A DNA stretch of 47,022 nt from assembly GCA_035304725.1 (NCBI GenBank), contig DATGPR010000007.1, forward strand, positions 1 through 47,022, given 5' to 3'. Below, piece after piece: positions 9,873 through 18,751 of the stretch; within the stretch, counting starts at the first letter, position 1; every line of letters begins with the position of its first letter. The position numbers and the translations under genes are program-made. The notes beneath the pieces are model-generated. The model did no database searches and was not told where the DNA came from. It was given only the letters and a program-made list of their open reading frames with translations. This DNA is from Arenimonas sp. Lineage in GTDB: Bacteria; Pseudomonadota; Gammaproteobacteria; Xanthomonadales; Xanthomonadaceae.

Positions 9873-10634
9873 TCAGCCGAACAGGCGTTCGGCATTGGCC
9901 CAGGTCGCCTCGGCCAGTGCCTCTTCCGGCTCGCCGCGCAGCTGCGCCACCACGCGCAGGACCTCGGGCAGGTAGCCCGGCTCGTTGCGCATGCCGCGCT
10001 GGCCGGCGCCGGGCTGGTCGGGCGCGTCGGTTTCCAGCAGCAGGGACTCCAGTGGCATGGCGGCGACGGTGCGGCGCAGGCGCTGCGCCCGTTCGTAGGT
10101 GACCGGACCGCCGATGCCCAGGCAGAAGCCGAGGGCAAACAGCTGCCGCGCCTGTTCCTCGCTGCCGGACCAGCTGTGCACCACCCCGCGAAGGCCGCCG
10201 ACCCGGCGCAGTGCGGCGATCACCTCGTCCACCGCCCGGCGCGCGTGCAGCACCACCGGCAGGTCGAACTCGCGGGCCAGCTCCAGCTGGCAGTGGAAGT
10301 ACCTGCGTTGCGCCTCCGGATCCAGGCCTTCGACGAAAAAATCCAGGCCGCATTCGCCGACGGCGGCAGGGCGTTCCGTGGCCAGCCAGTCGGCCAGGGC
10401 GTCCAGATCCTCCGGACGGTGCTCGGCCAGGTACATCGGGTGCAGGCCGTAGGCGGGGCGAAGATCGGGTTCTGCGGCGCACAGTTCCTTGAGCTTCGGC
10501 CAGCCAGCCCGGGTGACCGCGGGCACCAGTTGCCGGCAGACCCCCGCCTCGCGGGCGCGCCGCAGCACCGCCGCGCGGTCAGCATCAAATTCCGGGGCGT
10601 CCAGATGGCAGTGGCTGTCGTAGAGCCGGCTCAT
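9873..10634 (-). CDS. tatD: TatD family hydrolase/nuclease
   Basis: DSHCHLD, GLHP, VGECGLD, LHAR, VHS and ETDAP motifs. Confidence 0.93.
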   Translation of the reverse strand: MSRLYDSHCHLDAPEFDADRAAVLRRAREAGVCRQLVPAVTRAGWPKLKELCAAEPDLRPAYGLHPMYLAEHRPEDLDALADWLATERPAAVGECGLDFFVEGLDPEAQRRYFHCQLELAREFDLPVVLHARRAVDEVIAALRRVGGLRGVVHSWSGSEEQARQLFALGFCLGIGGPVTYERAQRLRRTVAAMPLESLLLETDAPDQPGAGQRGMRNEPGYLPEVLRVVAQLRGEPEEALAEATWANAERLFG

Positions 10635-10888
10635 TCCCGCCGGGCCTGCCCCTCGATGACGCGGTCCTGTCCGGTCTGGTCGGCGGGTGGCGCGACCGGC
10701 GGGTCCTGCCGCTTCCAGCTGGCCAGCACCAGGGTGGCCAGGGCGGTCACGATCTCATCCAGGAACGGGACGGGGTCGAAGGGCCAGAGCCAGCTGATCA
10801 GCATCAGCACCAGGGTGATCTTGAACAGGGTGGGGTAGCGGAGCCGGCTGGCGAATCCGACCAGCGGGCCGGTCAGGGGATGGGACAT
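10631..10888 (-). CDS. Small membrane protein (DUF6116-like)
   Basis: AGGAGG SD before ATG 10888; RLRYPTLF...DPVPFLDEI; ATGA overlap with tatD. Confidence 0.75.
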   Translation of the reverse strand: MSHPLTGPLVGFASRLRYPTLFKITLVLMLISWLWPFDPVPFLDEIVTALATLVLASWKRQDPPVAPPADQTGQDRVIEGQARRE

Positions 10889-11021
10889 GTCGTCGGGCCT
10901 CCTGGACATGCGCGCAAACTAGCATGTCCCGGCTGAAACCTCGCTTGAGCTAGCATTCAGGTGGGCTGTCACAGGCTGCTGTCCGTCGGCGGTCCCCCGT
11001 CGCCACCTGGAGGAGATCACA

Positions 11022-11708
11022 ATGAACAAGACCGTATTGGGAGTGCTGGCCGGCATGCTGGTGGGCGGTGGCGCGATTGCCGCGTACCAGACCTTCTCGA
11101 CGCCGTACGCCGAGGTTGTGTCGGCCACGCCGATCACCGTACGCGAGCCCATCTATGGCGATGTCATCAGCAGCACCGCCGTGACCGAACTGCGGACCGG
11201 CAAGCGCGAGGTCTGCGAGGAGGTGGCGGTGGAGAAGCGCAAGCCCGAGCGTTTCGGTGACAAGGACGGCATGGTCGTCGGCGCCGTGGTCGGTGGCCTG
11301 CTCGGCAACCAGGTCGGCAAGGGCAGTGGCCGCAAGGTCGCCACCGTCGCCGGTGCCGCTGCCGGCGCCTACGCCGGCCGCGAGATCGACCGTCGCCACG
11401 AGGGCGGCCAGAAGTACACCGAGTACGAGACCGTCTGCCAGACCATCACCGAGCCGCGCGAGGAAGTCATCGGCTACGACGTGCAGTACCGCACCGAGGA
11501 CGGCACCGTCGCCACCACCCGCGTGGAGCGCAAGCCCGGCGCCCAGATCGAGCTCGGCGAGCGCGACCGGATCGTCGGCTACGACGTGACCTGGCGCTAC
11601 GAGGGCCAGACCGGCAACCTGCGCATGGACCAGGATCCGGGTGACCGCCTGCCGATCAAGGACGGGGTGATCCAGGTCGCCAGCCAGTCCAGCCCGCCGC
11701 AGGGCTGA
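11022..11708 (+). CDS. Glycine-zipper 2TM domain protein (YcfJ-like)
   Basis: GAVVGGLLGNQVGKGSGRKVATVAGAAAGAYAG; duplicated GYDV.Y/W strands; GGAGGAG SD. Confidence 0.9.
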   Translation: MNKTVLGVLAGMLVGGGAIAAYQTFSTPYAEVVSATPITVREPIYGDVISSTAVTELRTGKREVCEEVAVEKRKPERFGDKDGMVVGAVVGGLLGNQVGKGSGRKVATVAGAAAGAYAGREIDRRHEGGQKYTEYETVCQTITEPREEVIGYDVQYRTEDGTVATTRVERKPGAQIELGERDRIVGYDVTWRYEGQTGNLRMDQDPGDRLPIKDGVIQVASQSSPPQG

Positions 11709-11730
11709 TCGCGGCGGACCCGCGTTCCGG

Positions 11731-11762
11731 AAGGGCCGGCCCCGTGCCGGCCCTTTCCTTTT
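11731..11762 (+). terminator. Rho-independent terminator
   Basis: AAGGGCCGGC-CCCGT-GCCGGCCCTT followed by TCCTTTT. Confidence 0.8.
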
Positions 11763-11895
11763 CCGGCCCCGGTGGCCGCCATTCGCCCCGCCGTGCCCGG
11801 GCACAGGGGCAGGGCAGTGGGGCCCGCGGGCTGCCCCGGGCCCGTCCGGCGGGCTAGAATGCCGGGCTTTCCAGCCCGCAGATACCGATCCCGCC

Positions 11896-13059
11896 ATGGC
11901 CCTGAATCCGACCGACCTGTACGACGTCCGCTCCCTGCTCTCCGAGGAGGAGCGCATGATCCAGGACAGCGTCGCCCGCTTCACCGACGAAAAGGTGCTG
12001 CCGATCATCGGCGACTGCTTCGACCAGGGCCGTTTCCCCAAGGAGCTGGTGCCCGAGATCGCGGCCATGGGCCTGCTCGGCTCCTCGCTGCCGGAGAAGT
12101 ACGGCTGCGCCGGCCTGAACTCGGTCAGCTACGGCCTGATCTGCCAGGAGCTGGAGCGCGGCGACAGCGGCATCCGCAGCTTCGTCTCGGTGCAGAGCTC
12201 GCTGTGCATGTATCCGATCTACGCCTACGGCAGCGAGGAGCAGCGCCAGCGCTGGCTGCCGGCCATGGCCCGCGGCGAGGTGATCGGCTGCTTCGGCCTG
12301 ACCGAGCCGCACGGCGGCTCCGACCCGGCCAACATGAAGACGAATGCAAAGAAGGACGGCGGCGACTGGGTCATCAACGGCGCCAAGATGTGGATCACCA
12401 ACGGCAACCTGGCCGACATCGCCATCGTCTGGGCGCAGACCGAGGACGGCATCCAGGGCTTCATCGTCGAGAAGGGCATGAAGGGCTTCGAGGCCCAGGA
12501 AGTGCACCGCAAGATGAGCCTGCGCGCCTCCGTGACCAGCGCCCTGTACTTCGACAACGTGCGCGTGCCCGAGGCCAACCGCCTGCCGAACGTGAAGGGC
12601 CTCAAGGGCCCGCTGGGCTGCCTGACCCAGGCCCGTTACGGCATTACCTGGGGCCCGATCGGCGCCGCCATCGCCTGCTACACCTCGGCGCTGGAGTATT
12701 CGAAGGAACGCGTGCTGTTCAACCGGCCGATCGCCGCCACCCAGGCGGTTCAGCTGAAGCTGGCCGACATGGCCCGCCGCATCACCCTGGCGCAGCTGCT
12801 CAGCCTGCAGCTGGGCCGGCTCAAGGACGCCGGCAGCATGCAGCCGGCGCAGGTGTCCCTGGCCAAGTGGAACAACGTGCGCATGGCCCTGGACATTGCC
12901 CGCGAGGCCCGCGACATCCTTGGCGGCGCCGGCATCACCACCGAGCATCCGCCGATCCGCCACGCCCTGAACCTGGAGTCGGTGATCACCTATGAGGGCA
13001 CCGAGACCGTGCACCAGCTGGTGATCGGTCGCGAGGTCACCGGCATCAACGCGTTCTGA
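11896..13059 (+). CDS. gcdH: Acyl-CoA dehydrogenase, glutaryl-CoA dehydrogenase type
   Basis: ELERGDSGIRSFVSVQSSL, GCFGLTEPHGGSDP, KMWITNG and TYEGT match GCDH; TAGAAT -10 at 11855-11860. Confidence 0.85.
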   Translation: MALNPTDLYDVRSLLSEEERMIQDSVARFTDEKVLPIIGDCFDQGRFPKELVPEIAAMGLLGSSLPEKYGCAGLNSVSYGLICQELERGDSGIRSFVSVQSSLCMYPIYAYGSEEQRQRWLPAMARGEVIGCFGLTEPHGGSDPANMKTNAKKDGGDWVINGAKMWITNGNLADIAIVWAQTEDGIQGFIVEKGMKGFEAQEVHRKMSLRASVTSALYFDNVRVPEANRLPNVKGLKGPLGCLTQARYGITWGPIGAAIACYTSALEYSKERVLFNRPIAATQAVQLKLADMARRITLAQLLSLQLGRLKDAGSMQPAQVSLAKWNNVRMALDIAREARDILGGAGITTEHPPIRHALNLESVITYEGTETVHQLVIGREVTGINAF

Positions 13060-13061
13060 CG

Positions 13062-15323
13062 ATGAATCCCGCCCCGATTCCCGCCCGCCAACGTGACGTC
13101 AACCGCGCCAAGGTCTGCGACGACAACTTCATCGAGTTCGTCCGCACCTGGTCGGGGCGCCCGCTGGCGCGGCCTGCGCCGCACGAGCCGGTGCTGCCGG
13201 GCAGTGCCTGTACCGCCGCCGATTTCCTCGATCTGTTCGAGTCGCAGCTGGTCAGCCGCCACCTGGACTTGATGGCGCGCGTGCTGCGCGTGCAGAACAA
13301 GGTCTTCTACACCATCGGTTCCTCGGGCCACGAGGGCAATGCCATGGTGGCGCGGCTGACCCGGCACACCGATCCGGCCTTCCTGCATTACCGTTCCGGC
13401 GGCTTCATGGCCGAGCGCTTCCGCAAGCTGCCGGGCATGGACCCGGTGATGGACTCGGCGCTGAGCTTCGCCGCCAGCAAGGAAGACCCGGCCTCCGGCG
13501 GCCGCCACAAGGTCTGGGGCAGCAAGCCGCTGTGGGTGCTGCCGCAGACCTCGACGATTGCCTCGCACCTGCCCAAGGCCCTGGGCACGGCCATCGCCAT
13601 CGAGCAGGCCGGGCGCATCGGCCACACCCTGCCGGTGCCGGACGACAGCATCGTCATCTGCAGCTTCGGTGACGCTTCGGCCAACCACGCCACCGCCCAG
13701 ACCGCCTTCAACTGTGCGCAGTGGACCGCCTACCAGCGGCTGCCGGCGCCGGTGCTGTTCGTCTGCGAAGACAATGGCATCGGCATTTCGGTGAAGACGC
13801 CGGCCGGCTGGATCGCCGAATCCTTCCGCCAGCGTCCGGGCCTGGACTACTTCTTCGCCGACGGCCTGGACCTGGCCGGCGGCTATGCCGACGTCCGCAC
13901 CGCGGTCGAGCACTGCCGCCGCACCCGCCGGCCGACCTTCCTGCACCTGCGCACCACCCGCATCATGGGCCATGCCGGCACCGACTTCGAGATCGAGTGG
14001 CGCAGCATCCAGGAACTGATGGCGGTGGAAGCCACCGACCCGCTGCTGCGCTCGGCCGCCATCGCCCTGGAGTCGGGCCTGATGACGCCGGACGAGCTGC
14101 TGGAACGCTACGAGGCCATGCGAAAGCGTTGCTTCGCCGCCGCCGAGGAGGCCGACCGCCGTCCGCGCCTGGAGACCCTGGAAGAGGTGATGGCGCCGCT
14201 GGCGCCGTATACGCCGGACAAGGTGGCCGAGCAGGCCCGCCGCAAGGATTTCCAGGAACGCCGTCTGGAGGTCTTCGGTGGCGAGGCGAAGCTGCCGGAG
14301 AACCAGCCGCCGCGGCACCTGGCCATCCAGATCAACAACGCCCTGCACGACCTGTTCTGCCAGTACCCGGAAACGCTGCTGTTCGGCGAGGACGTGGCGC
14401 AGAAGGGCGGCGTCTACACGGTGACCAAGGGCCTGCATCGCGCCTTCCGCGGCGCCCGCGTGTTCAACACGCTGCTGGACGAGACCATGATCCTGGGCCT
14501 GGCCCAGGGCTACGCCAACATGGGCATGCTGCCGGTGCCGGAGATCCAGTACCTGGCCTATTTCCACAACGCCTGCGACCAGATCCGCGGCGAGGCCTGC
14601 AGCCTGCAGTTCTTCAGCAACGGCCAGTACCGCAACCCGATGGTGATGCGCATCGCCTCGCTGGGTTACCAGCGCGGCTTCGGTGGCCACTTCCACAACG
14701 ACAATTCGGTGACCGCGCTGCGCGACATCCCCGGCCTGGTGGTGGGCTGCCCCAGCCGCGGTGACGACGCCGCCACCATGCTGCGCACCCTGATGGCCCT
14801 GGCCAAGGTGGACGGCCGCGTCTGCGCCTTCCTGGAGCCGATCGCCCTGCACATGACCAAGGACCTGTACGAGCCGGGCGACGGCGGTTGGCTGACCCGC
14901 TATCCGCCGCCGGGCGAGGCCATGGTGCTGGGCGAGGAGCGGGTGTACGAGCCCGAGGCCGGCGACCTGGTGATCTTCACCTTCGGCAACGGCGTGCCGA
15001 TGAGCCTGCGGGCCGCCCGCGAGATCGGCCGCAGGCACGGCTGGAAGGTGCGGGTGGTGGACCTGCGCTGGCTGCAGCCGCTGAACACCGAGGCCATCGC
15101 CCGCCATGCCCGGGAATGCGCCCGCATCCTGGTGGTGGACGAGGGCCGGCGCTCGGCCGGCGTCGGCGAGGGCATCATCACTGCCGTGGTCGAGGCCGGG
15201 CAGGGCGGCAAGCCGCTGCGCCGGGTGGTCGGTGCCGATACCTACACGCCGCTGGCGGGCGCCGCCTTCCTGGTCATCCCCTCGGAGGCCGATATCGTCG
15301 CCATGGCCGCGGAACTGGCCTGA
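13062..15323 (+). CDS. TPP-dependent 2-oxoacid dehydrogenase E1, fused alpha/beta subunits
   Basis: SSGHEG, HYRS, FGDASAN...EDN TPP motif, RIMGH; beta part FGEDV..GG, EIQY, GGHFHN, VVDLRWL. Confidence 0.9.
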   Translation: MNPAPIPARQRDVNRAKVCDDNFIEFVRTWSGRPLARPAPHEPVLPGSACTAADFLDLFESQLVSRHLDLMARVLRVQNKVFYTIGSSGHEGNAMVARLTRHTDPAFLHYRSGGFMAERFRKLPGMDPVMDSALSFAASKEDPASGGRHKVWGSKPLWVLPQTSTIASHLPKALGTAIAIEQAGRIGHTLPVPDDSIVICSFGDASANHATAQTAFNCAQWTAYQRLPAPVLFVCEDNGIGISVKTPAGWIAESFRQRPGLDYFFADGLDLAGGYADVRTAVEHCRRTRRPTFLHLRTTRIMGHAGTDFEIEWRSIQELMAVEATDPLLRSAAIALESGLMTPDELLERYEAMRKRCFAAAEEADRRPRLETLEEVMAPLAPYTPDKVAEQARRKDFQERRLEVFGGEAKLPENQPPRHLAIQINNALHDLFCQYPETLLFGEDVAQKGGVYTVTKGLHRAFRGARVFNTLLDETMILGLAQGYANMGMLPVPEIQYLAYFHNACDQIRGEACSLQFFSNGQYRNPMVMRIASLGYQRGFGGHFHNDNSVTALRDIPGLVVGCPSRGDDAATMLRTLMALAKVDGRVCAFLEPIALHMTKDLYEPGDGGWLTRYPPPGEAMVLGEERVYEPEAGDLVIFTFGNGVPMSLRAAREIGRRHGWKVRVVDLRWLQPLNTEAIARHARECARILVVDEGRRSAGVGEGIITAVVEAGQGGKPLRRVVGADTYTPLAGAAFLVIPSEADIVAMAAELA

Positions 15324-15376
15324 GGCCGTTTTTCGGGGGGTATGACGCCACCCCTCCAGCGGCCTAGACTTCCGGC

Positions 15377-16279
15377 ATGAGCGTTTCCCGGCCCCAGACC
15401 ATTCTGTTCGCGGACGTCAGCGGCAGCACCCGCCTGTTCGAGCGCAAGGGTGACGTCGAGGCGCGGCGCCTGATCGCGGCGGTACTGGGGGCCATGTCCG
15501 AGGTCTGCCGCCGGCATGGCGGCCGGGTGATCAAGACCATCGGCGACGAAATCATGTGCACCTTCCCGGCGGCGCTCAACGGCGTGCTGGCCGCCTGCGA
15601 CATGCAGCGGCGGATCGGCCGGGAGATCGAGTTCGTGCGCGAGAGCCTGGCGGTGCGCATCGGCCTGCATCATGGCGACGCACTCGAGGAGGACGGCGAC
15701 GTCTTCGGCGACGCCGTCAACACCGCCGCCCGCATGGCCGCCCTGGCCAAGCGCGAGCAGGTGGTGACCACGGCCGCCACCTACCAGTTGCTCTCGGGCA
15801 AGGTGCCGGAGGCGCGCAGCCTGGGCCGGGCCCGGGTCAGCGGCAAGCTGCTGCCGATCGAGATCGTCGACCTGGTCTGGCAGGAGGACACCTCCGGCAT
15901 GACCATGGTGCAGAGTTCGGTGCTCAAGCAGGCGGCAGCGGAGGAAGACCTGGCCTCGACCCGGCTGCGCCTGCGCCATCGCGGCCAGGAGGTCGAGCTG
16001 GGCCCCGATTCGCCGGCCTTCATGATGGGCCGCGAGGCCGGCAACAACCTGGTGGTGGAAGCCGAGTGGGTCAGCCGCACCCACGCCCAGATCGAGTTCA
16101 AGCGCGGCCATTTCGTCATCACCGACCGCTCGACCAACGGCACCTACGTGCGCGTCGGCGAGGACGACGAGCTGAAGCTGCATCGCGACGAACTGCACCT
16201 GCGCCGTTCCGGCACCATCAGCCTGGGGCGCGCCGGAGGTCCGGAAGATCCGGACCTCATCCAGTACGAGGCGGTGTAG
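15377..16279 (+). CDS. Class III adenylate cyclase with C-terminal FHA domain
   Basis: ILFADVSGST, KTIGD, DVFGDAVNTAAR; FHA GR...VSRTH...DRSTNGT. Confidence 0.9.
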   Translation: MSVSRPQTILFADVSGSTRLFERKGDVEARRLIAAVLGAMSEVCRRHGGRVIKTIGDEIMCTFPAALNGVLAACDMQRRIGREIEFVRESLAVRIGLHHGDALEEDGDVFGDAVNTAARMAALAKREQVVTTAATYQLLSGKVPEARSLGRARVSGKLLPIEIVDLVWQEDTSGMTMVQSSVLKQAAAEEDLASTRLRLRHRGQEVELGPDSPAFMMGREAGNNLVVEAEWVSRTHAQIEFKRGHFVITDRSTNGTYVRVGEDDELKLHRDELHLRRSGTISLGRAGGPEDPDLIQYEAV

Positions 16280-16285
16280 GGCCGA

Positions 16286-17182
16286 TCAGCCGTCGGTGGT
16301 GGCGCGGATACCTTCCAGGGAATCCAGCTCGATTTCCGGTTCCGGCTCGACCGTCGGCTCCGGGGCCGCCTGACGCGGCGGCGCCGGCTTGTAGCCGTAG
16401 ACGCTGCGCAGCAGCTTCTCATTGCCGGCGTACTCGGCGGGGGTGGCACGGACGAACTGGGTGGCGCCCAGTTCCACCAGCACCTCGTACTGGTTCGGGT
16501 CCTCGTGCAGGCGCAGCATGGCCTCGGTGACCGCCTCGCGCACGTCCTGCGGCACGGTGCCGGCGGCGCTGAGCGCGCGGCCGGTGAAGGGGCGCGAATC
16601 GACCAGGCTGACCAGGTTCGGATACAGCTGGGCGATGTAGTCCGGCACCATCGCGCCCTCGGCCTCGCCGGCGAAGATCATTTCCACGCCATCCTTCCAG
16701 TTGCTGGCCTCGGACTTCACCGCCGGCTCGGCCATCGGATTGCGGTAGTTCTCCATCAGCACCAGGTAGCCGAGGCTGGGCGAGGGCATGCTGACGATGC
16801 GCTGGCCGATCAGGCCGGCCAGGCCGTCATCGGCGATTTCCGCCGTGGTCAGCAGGGAATAGCGGGTCGGATCGGACACCCGCACCAGTGGCGTGAAGCC
16901 CAGCCGGTTGATGCGGTAATCGGTGAAGTGGGCTTCCTCGAAGGCGAAGTCGGTGTGCTCGCCGCGGCCGAGGTCGCGCCAGTAGACGTGGTAGTTGGTG
17001 ACCGTCTTGAGCTTGAAGCTGTGGCCGGTGCTCGCGGCCAGGTAGTTCAGCAATGGCTGGTAGACCTGGGCGGCCTGGTTGGGGGGATAGTTGGGTTCCA
17101 CCGTCAGGGTGTACTCGGCGGCGGTGGCGCCGGTGGTCGCAAGCGCAAGCAGCAAGGCCGTCAGGCCGGTGAATCGCTTCAT
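16286..17182 (-). CDS. PhnD/SsuA-type periplasmic substrate-binding protein
   Basis: Signal peptide; YQPLLNYL, PSPSLGY and EAMLRL pattern of PhnD-like proteins; AGGAG SD. Confidence 0.75.
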   Translation of the reverse strand: MKRFTGLTALLLALATTGATAAEYTLTVEPNYPPNQAAQVYQPLLNYLAASTGHSFKLKTVTNYHVYWRDLGRGEHTDFAFEEAHFTDYRINRLGFTPLVRVSDPTRYSLLTTAEIADDGLAGLIGQRIVSMPSPSLGYLVLMENYRNPMAEPAVKSEASNWKDGVEMIFAGEAEGAMVPDYIAQLYPNLVSLVDSRPFTGRALSAAGTVPQDVREAVTEAMLRLHEDPNQYEVLVELGATQFVRATPAEYAGNEKLLRSVYGYKPAPPRQAAPEPTVEPEPEIELDSLEGIRATTDG

Positions 17183-17250
17183 GTCTGGACTCCTCCCTTG
17201 GCGCCGGGTATAGCAGGTACGCCCCGTCGATGCCAATCGGAAGGGGCTGT

Positions 17251-18090
17251 TCAGCGTGGCCGGCGCAGGCCGCCGGCCAGCTCCAGGCGGCGCAGGGGCT
17301 GGCCCTCGAGCGTGATCCCGGCCTCCCCGGCCGGGCCCACGGCCAGGGCCTCGCTCCCGTCGGGCAGGGCGCAGATCACCGTCCCGGCGGGCTCCAGTGC
17401 CTGCCCGGGCGCCAGGCCCTGGCAGGCCAGGCGCAGCAGGCCGCGCTTGGCCTGGCCCAGGTAGTGGGTACGGGCCACGATTTCCTGGCCGGGGTAGCAG
17501 CCCTTGCGCAGGCTGTAGGCACCCAGGCGCTCCAGCGACAGCATCTGCGGGGTCCAGGCTTCAACCTGGTCCGGGCCCAGGCGCGGCAGGCCCAGGGCGA
17601 TGTCGGCGGCCAGCCAGTCGCGGCTCCGGCCAGGATCCTCCGCCGCCAGGGCCGGGTGGCCTTCCGGCAGCAGCAGCAGGCAGCGCGGCAGGCCGTCGCC
17701 GCCCAGGTCCAGGGCGATGCCCCGGTCCGGATCGCCGGCGATGCGGTCGTCATGCACATCGCTCCGCGCGGGCCCGATGGCCGCCCGGACAGCCGCCAGC
17801 GGGCGCAGCTGCAGCTTGCTGCGGAAGACGTAGCGTTGCAGTGCGGCCGCCAGCGTGTCGGCCGGATGGTCGGGCAGCAGCAGCCACAGCCGGTCCTCGG
17901 CCAGGCGCAGCAGCGCGAAGAGGGCGACCACGCGGCCCTTGGCGGTCAGCCAGCAGCTCCAGTGCCAGTGGCCGGGCGTGAGGCCTGAGACATCGCTGCT
18001 GAATTGCGCCTGCGCGAACGCCACCGCCTGCGGCCCTTCCAGCGCGAGGATGGAGAAGCCGGGCAGGGCAGGACAGCTGTTATCCGGCAA
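17251..18090 (-). CDS. ygfZ: Folate-binding Fe-S cluster repair protein YgfZ (TTG start inferred)
   Basis: Signature KGCYPGQEIVAR; AAGGA before TTG 18090. Confidence 0.92.
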   Translation of the reverse strand: MPDNSCPALPGFSILALEGPQAVAFAQAQFSSDVSGLTPGHWHWSCWLTAKGRVVALFALLRLAEDRLWLLLPDHPADTLAAALQRYVFRSKLQLRPLAAVRAAIGPARSDVHDDRIAGDPDRGIALDLGGDGLPRCLLLLPEGHPALAAEDPGRSRDWLAADIALGLPRLGPDQVEAWTPQMLSLERLGAYSLRKGCYPGQEIVARTHYLGQAKRGLLRLACQGLAPGQALEPAGTVICALPDGSEALAVGPAGEAGITLEGQPLRRLELAGGLRRPR

Positions 18091-18151
18091 TGCTTCCTTG
18101 AATGGCATCGGCGACGGGACGTAACATTGCGGCATGGCGACGCAGCCGCGA

Positions 18152-18304
18152 ATGATAGGCGAAACCGGGGAACACGCCGAATCCGTGCCCGCCACTCCGG
18201 CGCCTCCGCAAAGCCCGCCACCCGTCGAGATCGGCGGTCGGGACGGTCCCGAACCCACCCGTTACGGCGACTGGGAGAAGAACGGTCGCTGTATCGACTT
18301 CTGA
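18152..18304 (+). CDS. DUF1674 / SDHAF4 (Sdh8)-like SDH assembly factor, 50 aa (alternative in-frame ATG at 18134); absent from ORF track
   Basis: Hand translation ends EIGGRDGPEPTRYGDWEKNGRCIDF, the family signature; lies just upstream of sdhC. Confidence 0.92.
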   Translation: MIGETGEHAESVPATPAPPQSPPPVEIGGRDGPEPTRYGDWEKNGRCIDF

Positions 18305-18355
18305 CGGACCAGCACACCGGTCCGTCCCTACACGAGCCCTGAAAGAGCGCAGCCC

Positions 18356-18751
18356 ATGGCCACGCCAAAGCGACCCTTGTCTCCCTTCATGATCGGGCCC
18401 TACTACCGGCCGCAGATCACCTCGATGATGTCCATCGCCCACCGCGGCACCGGCGTGCTGATCGCCCTGGGCGCCTTCGGCCTGGCCTGGTGGCTGCTGG
18501 CGGCGTCGCTCGGCGGCGAAGCCTACGCGGCCTTCCTGGCCTGCGCCTCGTCGCCGCTGGGCAAGGGCGCGCTGTTCCTGGTCTCGGCGGCGCTGGTCTA
18601 CCACTTCCTCAACGGCATCCGGCACCTGCTCTGGGACGCCGGCTGGGGCTTCGAGCTTCCGAAGGTCTACGCCAGCGGCTACACCGTGCTGGTGCTGGCC
18701 GTGCTGCTGACCGCCGGCCTCTGGTGGCTGGCCCTGGGAGGTGCGGCATGA
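18356..18751 (+). CDS. sdhC: Succinate dehydrogenase cytochrome b556 subunit
   Basis: RPLSP, SIAHRGTG, YHFLNGIRHLLWD. Confidence 0.96.
   Translation: MATPKRPLSPFMIGPYYRPQITSMMSIAHRGTGVLIALGAFGLAWWLLAASLGGEAYAAFLACASSPLGKGALFLVSAALVYHFLNGIRHLLWDAGWGFELPKVYASGYTVLVLAVLLTAGLWWLALGGAA

Noticed and set aside
9086-10634. ThiF/E1-like gene next to a TatD nuclease as a defence system
   Set aside because: They match housekeeping TcdA and TatD, are convergent rather than operonic, and lack E2/JAB/effector partners
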